Shown: piece by piece, positions 1-10,005 of the stretch
Layout of the letters: every line of letters starts with the position of its first letter
Numbering within the stretch: position 1 is the first letter of the stretch
DNA from: an uncultured Pseudomonadota bacterium
GTDB taxonomy: Bacteria > Pseudomonadota > Alphaproteobacteria > Rs-D84
Assembly: GCA_949288265.1 (NCBI GenBank)
Contig: CASEJM010000024.1
Coordinates: forward strand, 1-59,323
Direction: 5' to 3'
Length of the DNA: 59,323 nt
Position numbers and translations under genes: made by a program
The notes under the pieces: generated by a model
The model's database searches: none
What the model was told of the DNA's origin: nothing
The model's input: only the letters and a program-made list of their open reading frames with translations

Positions 1-64
1 AATTTCCCAATCATTTGTTATCCTTTTGTCGTAATTTTAATCAAATAAAAGTAAAAGGTCAAAT

Positions 65-781
65 ATGAGTGGACATAGTAAATGGCACAATATTCAGCAC
101 AAAAAGGGTGCTGTTGATGCGGCGCGCAGTGGTTTGTTCACAAAACTGGCGCGTGAAATAACAATGGCGGCAAAGTTAGGAGATAAAAATCCTGACAATA
201 ATCCTCGTTTGCGTTTGGCTGTTTTGAACGCTAGAAAAAACTCTATGCCGAACGATAACATTAAAAGAGCGATTGAAAAAGCTTCTGGAGCGAATACGGA
301 AAATTATGTAGCTGTGCGTTATGAAGGATATGGACCAGGGGCCGTTCCTGTTATAGTTGAAGCTTTGACCGATAATCCAAGGCGTACGGTGCCAGAAATC
401 CGTAATATCTTTGCTAAGAACGGCGGTAATATGGGTGAAGAGGGCAGCGTTGTATTTATGTTTACGCGTGCCGGTCAGATTTTTTATCCTGCATCAATTG
501 GTAAAACTGAAGATGAAATGATGGAAATAATTATGGATGCAAATGCTGATAATTTAGAAACTTCTGAAGAAGGTTTTATCATTACTACGAAACCAGATGA
601 TTTTATGACGGTTCAGAAAGTTTTGGCAGATAAACTAGGGGAACCAGAAAACGCAGAGTTGACCTGGATACCCAATATGCCGATGGATTTAGATGATGAA
701 ACTTATGCCAAGGTTGAAAAATTGGTCGATGCATTAGATGATAATGATGACGTTCAGAAAGTCTTTACAGCGGCGGCATAA
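65..781 (+). CDS. yebC: YebC/PmpR-family transcriptional regulator
   Basis: Full-length ORF. The N-terminal MSGHSKWHNIQHKKG and PRLRLAV..ARK..MP motifs are typical of the YebC/TACO1 family. An AAAGG SD lies upstream. Confidence 0.9.
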   Translation: MSGHSKWHNIQHKKGAVDAARSGLFTKLAREITMAAKLGDKNPDNNPRLRLAVLNARKNSMPNDNIKRAIEKASGANTENYVAVRYEGYGPGAVPVIVEALTDNPRRTVPEIRNIFAKNGGNMGEEGSVVFMFTRAGQIFYPASIGKTEDEMMEIIMDANADNLETSEEGFIITTKPDDFMTVQKVLADKLGEPENAELTWIPNMPMDLDDETYAKVEKLVDALDDNDDVQKVFTAAA

Positions 782-803
782 TATAGAGTAAAAATAAAAA
801 AAG

Positions 804-826
804 TGTCGCTTTTGCGACATTTTTTT
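804..826 (+). terminator. Rho-independent terminator after yebC
   Basis: Stem TGTCGC / GCGACA with a TTTT loop, followed by a T7 run. Confidence 0.6.
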
Positions 827-859
827 ATTATATTATACGTGTATAAAAAAGAAGGTAAA

Positions 860-1339
860 ATGACAAGAATTCTTGGTATTGACCCAGGTTTATTGCATAC
901 GGGATGGGCGGTAATTGATGCAAAAGGTGCTGAACGACATTACGTTGCAAGCGGGGTAATTTTACCTAAACAATCTTTGCCTTTATCGGATAGGTTGGTC
1001 GAAATTTTTCGTGGTGTTACAGATATTTGCAAAAAATTTTTACCTGATGTATGTAGTATTGAAATTACTTTTGTTAATCAAAACCCGAAAACTACTTTGA
1101 TCCTTGGGCATGCGCGTGCCGCGGCAATTGTGGCAGTTGCAAATTGTGATGTATCTATTTATGAATACGAACCAAATAAAATAAAAAAAGCTTTAACAGC
1201 TGCGGGACATGCAGATAAAGAGCAGGTATATAAAATGGTTAAGATTTTATTGCCTGCAGCAAATCCAAAAACAGCAGATGAAAGTGACGCAATTGCTATT
1301 GCTTTAGCTCATGCTAATATGAGCAGATTCAAATTTTAA
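860..1339 (+). CDS. ruvC: Holliday junction resolvase RuvC
   Basis: MTRILGIDPG start, EITFVN and DESDAIAIALAH catalytic-acid motifs. I prefer the ATG at 860 with a GAAGG SD over the ORF-track start at 803. Confidence 0.9.
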   Translation: MTRILGIDPGLLHTGWAVIDAKGAERHYVASGVILPKQSLPLSDRLVEIFRGVTDICKKFLPDVCSIEITFVNQNPKTTLILGHARAAAIVAVANCDVSIYEYEPNKIKKALTAAGHADKEQVYKMVKILLPAANPKTADESDAIAIALAHANMSRFKF

Positions 1340-1353
1340 GTCTTGTTTTTTTA

Positions 1354-1362
1354 TGTTATAAT
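1354..1362 (+). promoter_or_regulatory. Extended -10 promoter (TGtTATAAT) preceded by a T-tract
   Basis: TTTTTTATGTTATAAT lies 27 nt upstream of the ATG at 1390, with an AAGGGG SD in between. Confidence 0.45.
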
Positions 1363-1389
1363 TATATAGAGATATTAAAGGGGAAAATT

Positions 1390-1668
1390 ATGAAAAACGA
1401 TTTTCAAGAAAAACAAGATATGAAGTTGTTATCAAAGCAAAGGGTTTTATTTCGTGCTTTTATCTTAAATACTATTTTAGTTCTTTTTATATGGCTTTTG
1501 ACTTTTTTCCCGGAATTACTGTATATAGGCGTTCGGGTAACAGGTGTTTCTGGACCTATGTTTTATGTGTATGCCGTTGGAACACTTGCGCTGTGGGGGT
1601 TGGCAGGCGTTGTAATCTTTTTGGTTCCTGCTATGGCTTTATGGTGGGAAAGGAAAATGTTGAAATAA
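1390..1668 (+). CDS. Small integral membrane protein, unknown function
   Basis: 92 aa with two or three long hydrophobic segments, its own SD, and promoter and terminator signals on either side. Confidence 0.55.
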   Translation: MKNDFQEKQDMKLLSKQRVLFRAFILNTILVLFIWLLTFFPELLYIGVRVTGVSGPMFYVYAVGTLALWGLAGVVIFLVPAMALWWERKMLK

Positions 1669-1695
1669 AAAACCGGCTTTTGCCGGTTTTTATTT
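1669..1695. terminator. Bidirectional hairpin terminator between convergent genes
   Basis: AAAACCGGC-TTTT-GCCGGTTTT with A/T runs on both sides. Confidence 0.6.
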
Positions 1696-2019
1696 TCGAA
1701 AACTAATCTTTGCAACAGCGTCACGACCGAAATATTTATTTATTTTTTCTTTTATTTCTTCTGTCATGTAACTTAATTGTAACGTAAGAGCAGGATTTGT
1801 TGGGCGCAATGTTATGTTAAAGCGACCGTCTTTCATTTTTTTTATTGCAACTATAGTTGCTATACTTGCAATTTCTGCACCCATAATTTTTTCCCAACGC
1901 TTAACCAAATCTGCATCGGACGCACGTATACCAAACATTTGCATCAATTCACCCATAGCACTGGCAAGCGTTTGAGGACGTTTTGACCGTTTATCAAAGT
2001 TATTTGGTTGGTTTGACAT
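1690..2019 (-). CDS. DUF721 (DciA-type) protein
   Basis: About 110 aa. The pattern ..W..IMG..IA..T.....K.G.....L.....A..L.LSYM..EI...IN.YFG...V..I.F matches the DUF721 layout. Confidence 0.6.
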   Translation of the reverse strand: MSNQPNNFDKRSKRPQTLASAMGELMQMFGIRASDADLVKRWEKIMGAEIASIATIVAIKKMKDGRFNITLRPTNPALTLQLSYMTEEIKEKINKYFGRDAVAKISFRK

Positions 2020-3103
2020 ATGTGTATTCTTTTGGCATCAAAATAAACATTTGACCTTGGGCGTGTTGTCCGTGTGCAAATTTATATGCCTCATCTCCTT
2101 TCCCAAAGAATATATCCGCACGAACCCAGCCACGTATAGCGCTGCCTGTATCTTGTGCGATCATCAGTCTACTAAATCTGCGACCGTCTGACAAATTAGT
2201 ATCAACATATACAGGTAAACCCAGTGTGTATATGCTGTCGTCCATTGCAATTGAACGTATTTTTGATAGCGGCGTTCCTAGTTTACCTATTACATCCGGT
2301 GGAACCGATTCGTAAAAATATACATATCGTGGATTATTATAAATCACTTCTTTCGCCAAACTTGGATTTTGCTTTAAATACTGCCATACCGCATCCGCAG
2401 AATAGCCATTCGGTGGTCGTATTCCCCTAGAGCGTAATTGTTCACCAATAGATTTAAATGGTAAGTCATTTACAGCCGCAAAGTTTAATTTTACCATGGT
2501 CCCGTCATCAAGTTGTAGCATCCCGCTGCCTTGAATCTGAATGTTTTGAACATCAACAATATTAGCCCAGTATAACGGTCGACCTATTTGCTGCTCTACA
2601 ATTTGTTTTTTGGGGACGCCTTTATAGTTACGTCCATCTGTTGGAACGCCCATTAAAGGTTCGTTACATTGGGCAGTTTTGGTCCTACAACCCGGTATAA
2701 TGGGCGAGTAGTAACCAGTATATAAACCTTTCTTTGAACCATCGTCATTAGTTATCTGGTATGGCTGAAAGTTTGATTCAAACCATGCGCGTATGGTTGC
2801 CACATCTGCAGATGCAGAAGGTAGCATTCTACACTTTTCTTGGAACAGTTCACGATCCGGTATTACGCGACCAGTATATTGAATTTTTGCGCGACATGAA
2901 TTACGAAAAGCTTGTAAAGCATAACGTACGTCGTCATTTTTCCATCCAGGAAGGTCATTATAAGATACCTTTTTTAAGTTTGATGGTATTACAGAATTGT
3001 CACCGCGGTGGGTAGGCGTTGATAGGTCGCAAGAAGTTAATGCCATGGCACATAAAATACATGACAAAGTTCGGAATATAATCCGCTTTATAGAACCCAA
3101 CAT
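2000..3103 (-). CDS. mltA: Membrane-bound lytic murein transglycosylase A (lipoprotein)
   Basis: Lipobox LTSC in the signal peptide, an MltA-specific region, and a 3D-domain-like C-terminus (QDTGSAIRG..RADIFFG.G). Confidence 0.85.
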   Translation of the reverse strand: MLGSIKRIIFRTLSCILCAMALTSCDLSTPTHRGDNSVIPSNLKKVSYNDLPGWKNDDVRYALQAFRNSCRAKIQYTGRVIPDRELFQEKCRMLPSASADVATIRAWFESNFQPYQITNDDGSKKGLYTGYYSPIIPGCRTKTAQCNEPLMGVPTDGRNYKGVPKKQIVEQQIGRPLYWANIVDVQNIQIQGSGMLQLDDGTMVKLNFAAVNDLPFKSIGEQLRSRGIRPPNGYSADAVWQYLKQNPSLAKEVIYNNPRYVYFYESVPPDVIGKLGTPLSKIRSIAMDDSIYTLGLPVYVDTNLSDGRRFSRLMIAQDTGSAIRGWVRADIFFGKGDEAYKFAHGQHAQGQMFILMPKEYTYVKPTK

Positions 3104-3184
3104 TTTTATTATCCCCCCACTTGTAAAAATTATTTATAATGTTATATTATCATAAAATGACGCCTAAAAAAAGGAGTATTAGAA

Positions 3185-3637
3185 ATGGCAAGATTTAACA
3201 TCATTACACAATTTTTGAAAGATTTCTCTTTTGAAAGCCCAAACGTTCCAGAATTATTCTTTAAAAATGATAACGGACAGGCAAAAATGGAAATCAACAT
3301 TGATATCCAGATAAAAGGCGCAGAAAATAACTTATTCATGGTAGATTTGATTACAAAAATTCATTCTAAGCTAGAAAACGGAGATAAATCTATATTCTTA
3401 ATTGAATCAACATATTCTGGTTTGGTTCAGATGGAAGAAGAAAAAGACGAAGAAGTAAAAAAACGTACATTATTGATAAATGTACCTACGCTGCTTTTCC
3501 CGGCCGTACGTTCTTTGATTACACGTATGACGGCAGAATCTGGGTTCCCAGCGTTTGTTATGCAACCAGTTGATTTTGAAAAACTATATGAAGACAGACA
3601 AAAGCAAACTCAACAAGCCCCGGCAAATAATAAATAA
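3185..3637 (+). CDS. secB: Protein-export chaperone SecB
   Basis: FNIITQFLKDFSFESPN and LLFPAVRSLI..MT..SGFP motifs. The size of 150 aa fits. Confidence 0.9.
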   Translation: MARFNIITQFLKDFSFESPNVPELFFKNDNGQAKMEINIDIQIKGAENNLFMVDLITKIHSKLENGDKSIFLIESTYSGLVQMEEEKDEEVKKRTLLINVPTLLFPAVRSLITRMTAESGFPAFVMQPVDFEKLYEDRQKQTQQAPANNK

Positions 3638-3650
3638 TTTTATATATGTA

Positions 3651-3679
3651 AAAAATCCGCTAACTGCGGATTTTTTTTT
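3651..3679 (+). terminator. Rho-independent terminator after secB
   Basis: ATCCGC-TAACT-GCGGAT followed by a T9 run. Confidence 0.7.
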
Positions 3680-3690
3680 ATCTTTTTTTA

Positions 3691-3699
3691 TGGTAAAAT
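3691..3699 (+). promoter_or_regulatory. Extended -10 promoter (TGgTAAAAT) 9 nt from the ATG at 3709
   Basis: TTTTTTTATGGTAAAAT. There is no SD before the ATG, so the mRNA would be leaderless. Confidence 0.4.
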
Positions 3700-3708
3700 A
3701 TGTAAGAT

Positions 3709-4893
3709 ATGGCAAAAGATAAATATATTTCTATTAAAAGCGGGGTCAGTGGGTTTTCATTTGCAAACCTTGGGTTGTTTACTGGGTTTGCCGATGGAAT
3801 TTATAATGCTGTGTATTCGTTGGTACTGATGGAAATCTTTATGAATTCCGCTGTTGTTGGTATTTATGTTGGTATATATGCTGCGTTTTGTATGGTTGTA
3901 GGTTTGTTTGCTAATGAGGTTTTACGAAGATTTTCTAAAGTACGTGTTTTCTATTTTTCTATGCTGATGTTGGCAATATGTTATGCAATGATGAGTTTTT
4001 CTATAAGACCCAGTACTTTTGTTATATTGGATTATACAACAGGTATTGCAGCAACTTTGGTTGGTGTGCTAATTCCATTGTTTATGTCGGATTTTTCCGG
4101 GAATATAGGTATGGCACGCTTAAATTCAAGATATCATTTATGGATGAACGTGGGGGCTTTGTTCGCGCCAATGATAGCTGTGGCTATTGCGGAGCAATTT
4201 GATAATAGAGCCGCTTTTTTTGCTTCTGCTCTTATATATTTAGCTGGGTGGATGGCGTTCAAATTGTTTCGCATAATGCAAGAAGATAAAAAAATAAAAC
4301 CAGTAAACCCACGCAGAACTTTTCGCGTTTTATGGAAAAATACGATCGCTTTTTTTAAGAAACCAGGTATGCCTCGTGCATATGCCGTAAATTTTGGTTA
4401 TTACGCTTTAAGGGCTATGCGATATTTATATGTGCCAATCGTAGTTATAGAAAATGGTTTTTCAAAAGATACTTTGGGTTGGGTATTAACTTTGGGGATA
4501 ATACCTTATTTGATATTATCTGAGTTGATGGCAAAACTTGTACGTCAATATGGTAAAAGGAAGTGGTTGTTTATCGGTTTTTCTTCTTTTGCCGTGTTTT
4601 CTGCGTTGGCAACATTTGTAACGGGATTCCCATTATTAGCTATTTTTGTGATGTGGCAAATTTCTGGTGCTTTGATGGAATCCGTTCATGATTTGCTTTT
4701 CTTTGATGCGGCAAAAAAGACGGAACAAACAAAGTTTTATGGGGTTTTTAGAACCAGTGTCAATTTACCGAACATAATTGCCCCCATATTAGGTGCATTT
4801 TGTATAACAACTTTTGGTGGAACGTCCGCAGTATGGGTTGTAACCGCTTTAATTGGTGGTATTTCCGCATTATTAGCTGTTGCAAAAAAGTAA
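3709..4893 (+). CDS. MFS-type transporter
   Basis: 394 aa with about 12 hydrophobic segments in two halves separated by a basic loop (QEDKKIKPVNPRR). Confidence 0.65.
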   Translation: MAKDKYISIKSGVSGFSFANLGLFTGFADGIYNAVYSLVLMEIFMNSAVVGIYVGIYAAFCMVVGLFANEVLRRFSKVRVFYFSMLMLAICYAMMSFSIRPSTFVILDYTTGIAATLVGVLIPLFMSDFSGNIGMARLNSRYHLWMNVGALFAPMIAVAIAEQFDNRAAFFASALIYLAGWMAFKLFRIMQEDKKIKPVNPRRTFRVLWKNTIAFFKKPGMPRAYAVNFGYYALRAMRYLYVPIVVIENGFSKDTLGWVLTLGIIPYLILSELMAKLVRQYGKRKWLFIGFSSFAVFSALATFVTGFPLLAIFVMWQISGALMESVHDLLFFDAAKKTEQTKFYGVFRTSVNLPNIIAPILGAFCITTFGGTSAVWVVTALIGGISALLAVAKK

Positions 4894-4981
4894 TTTTTGT
4901 CGTACGTCGATGAAACTTAATTTTCGTTGCGTACGGCATAAATAAATTGTATTATTTTCCTGATAAGAAAAGGGGAATTTT

Positions 4982-6064
4982 ATGGCAAAAAAAGAAGCAG
5001 TAAAAGAAGCCAATGCACCGGTAAAAAATCCGGCCTTAGAATCGGCTTTGGCACAAATTCAAAAGCAGTTCGGTAAAGAAGCAATTATGAAAATGGGTGA
5101 TGGCTCCCAGCAAAATATAGAGGTAATTTCTTCTGGCTCTTTGGGGTTAGATATTGCTTTGGGTGTTGGTGGGTATCCTCGTGGTCGCATAGTTGAAATA
5201 TATGGCCCAGAAAGTTCTGGTAAAACAACTTTGGCTTTACATGCTGTGGCAGAGGCTCAGAAAAAAGGTGGTACTTGCGCTTATATTGACGCTGAAAATG
5301 CTTTAGACCCAAGTTATGCGAAAAAGCTTGGCGTTGATGTTGCTAATTTAATTATTTCTCAGCCGGATTCTGGTGAGCAAGCTTTGGAAATAGCAGATAC
5401 GTTAATAAAGTCTGGGGCCGTAGATGTTGTTGTAATCGATTCGGTCGCCGCATTAGTCCCAAAGGCAGAGTTAGAAGGGAATATAGGTGATTCTTTTGTC
5501 GGTACAACGGCAAGACTGATGTCACAAAGCTTGAAAAAATTGGCTGGTTCTGTATCTCGTAGTAACACTTTGTTGATATTTATTAATCAAATTCGTATGA
5601 AAATAGGGGTTATGTTTGGTAATCCGGAAACCACATCTGGTGGTAACGCATTAAAGTTTTATGCATCTGTACGTCTTGATATTCGCCGTACAGGACAAAT
5701 TAAGGATAAAGAAACAATAGTAGGAAACGAAACGCGAGTAAAGATTGTTAAAAATAAAGTTGCACCTCCTTTCCGTACGGTAGATTTTAAAATTATGTAT
5801 GGTGAAGGTATTTCTCGTATCAGTGAAATATTAGATATGGGGATAAAGTACGATTTAATTGAAAAAGCTGGAAGTTTTTATTCTTATAATAATGAACGTA
5901 TGGGGCAAGGTGAGGCCAATGCGCGTCAGTGGTTAAAAGAACATGAAGATGTACAAAAAGAACTGCTTGATAAAATTATGGCACGTTCTCAGGGTATCGC
6001 GGAAGAAATGACAACTGGTCCAGATGAAGAGAACGAAGTTAGTAGTGTAATCGAAGAAGAATAA
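4982..6064 (+). CDS. recA: Recombinase RecA
   Basis: GPESSGKTT Walker A, and conserved [41 protein letters not shown]. Confidence 0.98.
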   Translation: MAKKEAVKEANAPVKNPALESALAQIQKQFGKEAIMKMGDGSQQNIEVISSGSLGLDIALGVGGYPRGRIVEIYGPESSGKTTLALHAVAEAQKKGGTCAYIDAENALDPSYAKKLGVDVANLIISQPDSGEQALEIADTLIKSGAVDVVVIDSVAALVPKAELEGNIGDSFVGTTARLMSQSLKKLAGSVSRSNTLLIFINQIRMKIGVMFGNPETTSGGNALKFYASVRLDIRRTGQIKDKETIVGNETRVKIVKNKVAPPFRTVDFKIMYGEGISRISEILDMGIKYDLIEKAGSFYSYNNERMGQGEANARQWLKEHEDVQKELLDKIMARSQGIAEEMTTGPDEENEVSSVIEEE

Positions 6065-6077
6065 TTAGGGGAACATA

Positions 6078-6983
6078 ATGAATCTTGCAAGATTTTTTGC
6101 GATGTCTGATGTGATTATCCGTGGGCACGTTTTAAATTGGTTCTGGCGTAGTCGCGAGAAACGTCGTGCCGTGCGTAGCGATGTTTTAGCAACGGCTATA
6201 CCGCGTTATTTTAAGCGATATTTGCCCGCTGCTGCCGCCGTTAAAGAACGTGCTGTAGAGAACAATGATAAGCAAGAAAAAATTTTTACAATATGGTTCC
6301 AAGGGGAAGAAAATGCGCCTGACTTAGTTAAGGCGTGTTTTCGTAGTATAAGAAAAAATTGTAAGCAAGAGCTGGTGGTGTTGGATGAAAATTCTTTAAG
6401 GCAATATATAACTTTACCAGAAGTTATTTGGAAAAAGCATAAAGAAGGAAAAATAAAATATGCTCATTTTGCAGATATATGTCGAGTAGAACTGTTATAT
6501 GAATATGGAGGAATATGGTTGGATTCAACGGGGTTTGCAACGGCTGAAATACCAGATTGGATTCTTAAAGAAGATTTTTTTGTGTATATGGCTGGAAATA
6601 AGGTCGGCAGCCCTTATAGCTTTATGCAAAATTGTTTCATTCGTGCCAGAAAGGGGGCTTATTTATTAGACGCTTGGCGTGCAATGATTTTAGATTATTG
6701 GATGCACGAAAATCATAGTTTTGATTATTTTATGCACCAATTGTTATTTAAAACATTAGTTATGAATGATCCGCGCGCTAAAAATTATTTCAATAAGATG
6801 CCTCATGTTGACCAAGATCCAACACATGCTTTATGGTGGGCATATGCAGAAAAACCGTTTAATCAGAAAACTTTTGATGAAGTAACATCTGGGGCATTCT
6901 TTCAGAAAACTACTTATGCGCAGGCAAAAAATCCTATAAAAGGTAGTTTTGCAGATGTTATGATAAATAAAATGTATAAATAA
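6078..6983 (+). CDS. Glycosyltransferase, capsular-polysaccharide-synthesis (GT32-like) family
   Basis: IWFQGEENAP.LVKAC..S, and ADICRVELLYEYGGIWLDST, a DXD-type motif typical of GT32/Caps_synth proteins. Confidence 0.65.
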   Translation: MNLARFFAMSDVIIRGHVLNWFWRSREKRRAVRSDVLATAIPRYFKRYLPAAAAVKERAVENNDKQEKIFTIWFQGEENAPDLVKACFRSIRKNCKQELVVLDENSLRQYITLPEVIWKKHKEGKIKYAHFADICRVELLYEYGGIWLDSTGFATAEIPDWILKEDFFVYMAGNKVGSPYSFMQNCFIRARKGAYLLDAWRAMILDYWMHENHSFDYFMHQLLFKTLVMNDPRAKNYFNKMPHVDQDPTHALWWAYAEKPFNQKTFDEVTSGAFFQKTTYAQAKNPIKGSFADVMINKMYK

Positions 6984-7000
6984 AATACAGGGGACAGAAT

Positions 7001-8026
7001 ATGCCGGCCATTTCCATTATAATACCAGTATATAATGTAGAAAAGTATTTACGTAGGTGTTTGGATAGTGTACTAAATCAGACTTTTACAGATTGGGAAG
7101 CTATTTGCGTCAATGATGGAAGCCCAGATAATAGTGCGGATATTTTGGAAGAATATGCAGAAAAGGACGGGCGTTTCAAAATAGTTACTAAAGAAAATGG
7201 CGGCCTATCTGATGCTCGTAATGCTGGTATGCGCGTTGCAGAAGGGGATTTTATTTTATTTTTAGACAGTGACGATTTTATCCATCCGCAAACAATGGAA
7301 ATAGCTCATTTTTGTGCAGTTAGAGACGGTTCGGATATTGTTTCTTTTAGGTACGACAGAATTTATCGGCCAAGATTGATGATACGTCACAAGCTAGGTT
7401 TGGATACTGATAATGTTATACCTATACGAATAAATAAGGTATATGATCCCGCCAATGTTAAAACATTAGTAACAGATGATGTTTATGCATACGCCACAGA
7501 AAGAGCTCATAATGCATTCAATCCGAAACGTAAATGGTTAATTAAGCATTGTCAGGTATGGAAAAATCTATATCGTCGTGAACTTATTTCTGATACCCCC
7601 TTTATTAAAGGAATTTTATTTGAAGATTTTCCTTGGTGGTCAGCGATAATGTTAAAGAATCCTAGGGTTACGATTGTTCCGTTGCCGTTGTATTTTTATG
7701 TGCCGAATTTTGGAGGAATCGTTTTGTCTGCAAAGCAACTGCGTATATTGCATAGTTTGTGTGATGGTATAGAAAATGCTTTTACTTTATATAAAGAGAA
7801 AGCTTCTGATTATCAAATGCAGCAGTGGTCAAAAAAATTCAAATGGTTCTTTATAAAATGGGCTTTTCGTAAAATAAAGTATTTAGATAATAGCGCTGAT
7901 CTGGAATCTGCGCGTAAACGTTTTTGTGAACTTGAAAAAATGGGGGCTATGGATAATCCGCCATCAAAATGTGCGCGCTGTTTACGATGCAGAATTTGTA
8001 AGTTTATAAAGATTTGTAAAAAATGA
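7001..8026 (+). CDS. Family 2 glycosyltransferase
   Basis: N-terminal ISIIIPVYNVEKYLRRCLDSVLNQTF.DWE.ICVNDGS.D.S and LDSDD motifs. Confidence 0.85.
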   Translation: MPAISIIIPVYNVEKYLRRCLDSVLNQTFTDWEAICVNDGSPDNSADILEEYAEKDGRFKIVTKENGGLSDARNAGMRVAEGDFILFLDSDDFIHPQTMEIAHFCAVRDGSDIVSFRYDRIYRPRLMIRHKLGLDTDNVIPIRINKVYDPANVKTLVTDDVYAYATERAHNAFNPKRKWLIKHCQVWKNLYRRELISDTPFIKGILFEDFPWWSAIMLKNPRVTIVPLPLYFYVPNFGGIVLSAKQLRILHSLCDGIENAFTLYKEKASDYQMQQWSKKFKWFFIKWAFRKIKYLDNSADLESARKRFCELEKMGAMDNPPSKCARCLRCRICKFIKICKK

Positions 8027-9165
8027 AAAAAATAAAAATCGCTTTATGTGTACGTGATATGAAAATAGGTGGTGTTGAATCTGTAATGATTCGAACCATG
8101 GAAATGTTATTAAAAAATAAAGATTTAGAAATAGTTGTAGTTACGTATTCAAAAATTAAAGAACCTGTCTATTTGAAATGGTTTTTATCTCATCCAGAGG
8201 TTAAGCTATATGCTTTATATCCTTTTAAATGGTTGGCTACTGATTTGGCTCATTTTTTTCTGTTACGTCTAATTCAACATTTTTGTAGAGATTTATATCG
8301 TTGGTCTAAACGTACGTTTATAGGGTTTCGTAATATAAAGGATGTGGATGTTTTTATAGACTATTATAACTTTTCTTTCGATAAAGAGTTTAAAAGATTA
8401 ACCAAACCAAAATTAGTGTGGTGGCATTCTTCAATAGATAATTTTATATCTGGAAATTATATTAAGTATATGAATGATTATGATAAATTAATTGCTTTGA
8501 CAGATGGTTTCGTAAAAGATTTTAAAAAATTATATCCAAATTATGCTAATAAAATTATTCGTATATATAATCCTATTGATATAAAATATGCAGTAAAAAG
8601 ATCAGAAGAAACTAGCGGTCCGAAAGGTAAATATTTTTGCTGTGTATCACGTTTATATGCAGATAAAGACATTACAACTTTATTAAATGGGTTTAATATT
8701 TTTTGGCTTAATAATAATAAACCTAATGTTAATTTATATGTTATAGGAGATGGAAGTTTTCGTTCGCGATATGAGCAAATGGCAAAAGCGTTGTCTTCTG
8801 GTCATAATATTATATTTACTGGTGCCTTGATGAATCCATTTGGTTATATGCGCAATGCTTTGGCAAATATTTTATCTAGTTTAAGTGAGGGGTTGCCAAC
8901 CGTATTAATTGAAGCTGGTTCTGTCGGTACATTAAATATAGCGTCCGATTGTAGAAATGGACCAAGTGAAATTTTGTTCGATGGAGCAGGGGGCTTGTTG
9001 TTTACGCCAGGTGATGCGAATGCTTTGGCAGAATGTATGGATAAAGTATTTAATAAAAAAGTACCCATAAAAAAAATGAAAAAGATTACTTACGATGGTT
9101 TATGTCGTTTTGACGCTGGTGAAGTATCAAAACAGATTACAAAACTGATAAAATCATACGTTTGA
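8023..9165 (+). CDS. GT1-superfamily (GT4-like) glycosyltransferase
   Basis: C-terminal SLSEGLPTVLIEAGSVG (an EX7E-like motif). Its start overlaps the upstream stop by 4 nt. Confidence 0.75.
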   Translation: MKKIKIALCVRDMKIGGVESVMIRTMEMLLKNKDLEIVVVTYSKIKEPVYLKWFLSHPEVKLYALYPFKWLATDLAHFFLLRLIQHFCRDLYRWSKRTFIGFRNIKDVDVFIDYYNFSFDKEFKRLTKPKLVWWHSSIDNFISGNYIKYMNDYDKLIALTDGFVKDFKKLYPNYANKIIRIYNPIDIKYAVKRSEETSGPKGKYFCCVSRLYADKDITTLLNGFNIFWLNNNKPNVNLYVIGDGSFRSRYEQMAKALSSGHNIIFTGALMNPFGYMRNALANILSSLSEGLPTVLIEAGSVGTLNIASDCRNGPSEILFDGAGGLLFTPGDANALAECMDKVFNKKVPIKKMKKITYDGLCRFDAGEVSKQITKLIKSYV

Positions 9166-10005
9166 TTCTTTAAACCGAGACGGTATTTTGATAACGCGCT
9201 TTAGACCAAACATAGCAGGTTTATCCATTGCATAAATAGGACGCGTATATGTTTGTATGATTCGTGCAATTTTTAACCAGTTTTCGTTGCGCGCAGATAA
9301 AGTTGTTACGGCGTTTATTGTACCGTTACCACGTCGACGTAAATGGTTAACCCAATCACTTCCTCGTGCTGAGGCCTTATCAATTAACATTTGCATATCA
9401 ACGGCCCCAAAGTGTAATAAATATAAATTTTTATCAATATGAAAGTTATGACCATGTATGCTGTGAAAACCACTTCCCCATTTGATGGGTTTATTAATAA
9501 CTACTGGTTTAGTGTATCGGGTCGAAAGCAGAGCATATTGACGTTGTTGCAATAATGGAAGTCCTTTGTCTAAGATTTTTTCTATGTTTAGATTCTGACC
9601 TACGTCAAGGCCAAGACCAGATACGCTTGTATTAATTTTTAGTTCTGATAAATATTCTGATAATGTTTTTTTTACCGCAGGGTCAACTATTAAAAATTCG
9701 TCGCAGTCACATCCTATAACAATATCATATTTTTTTAATAATTCTTTCGCCAATTCAGATAATTTATTTATACGATATTTATCACCAGCTGCACGTGACA
9801 TGTTTATGTGTGGAAATTTTTCTATATGGGCTTTTCCGCTATTTGCAGGAATTTTTTGATCTTCACCATCTAAATATATATAAAGATTTTCATTGCCTAG
9901 TTCGCTGCCATAATATTTTATCCAGCGTTCTAGAAAAAAATCATCATTGCGGGCCATTGTTATGGCCGCAATTTTTTTTAATTTTTTTATTTTTGATATC
10001 ATCAT
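9154..10005 (-). CDS. Glycosyltransferase family 2-like protein (Glyco_tranf_2_4-like)
   Basis: AAITMARNDD.FLERWIKYYG...G.ENLYIYLDG.DQ and CDCDEF motifs. It overlaps the convergent GT4 gene by 12 nt. Confidence 0.55.
   Translation of the reverse strand: MMISKIKKLKKIAAITMARNDDFFLERWIKYYGSELGNENLYIYLDGEDQKIPANSGKAHIEKFPHINMSRAAGDKYRINKLSELAKELLKKYDIVIGCDCDEFLIVDPAVKKTLSEYLSELKINTSVSGLGLDVGQNLNIEKILDKGLPLLQQRQYALLSTRYTKPVVINKPIKWGSGFHSIHGHNFHIDKNLYLLHFGAVDMQMLIDKASARGSDWVNHLRRRGNGTINAVTTLSARNENWLKIARIIQTYTRPIYAMDKPAMFGLKRVIKIPSRFKESNV

Noticed and set aside
803-859. N-terminal extensions offered by the ORF track: ruvC from 803, trxB from 15749, greA from 20020, fabD from 31840, GNAT from 41873, sufS from 49543, ftsK from 27415.
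   Set aside because: The extensions lack homology to the family N-termini and overlap terminators, promoters or neighbouring genes. In-frame ATGs lie at the conserved family N-terminus, and most of these have an SD.
4901-4935. Two CGTACG palindromes 29 nt apart upstream of recA, considered as a possible SOS/LexA operator.
   Set aside because: They match neither the alphaproteobacterial GTTC-N7-GTTC box nor the CTGT-N8-ACAG type. A 6-bp self-complementary word occurring twice is weak evidence, and no lexA is visible in the window.
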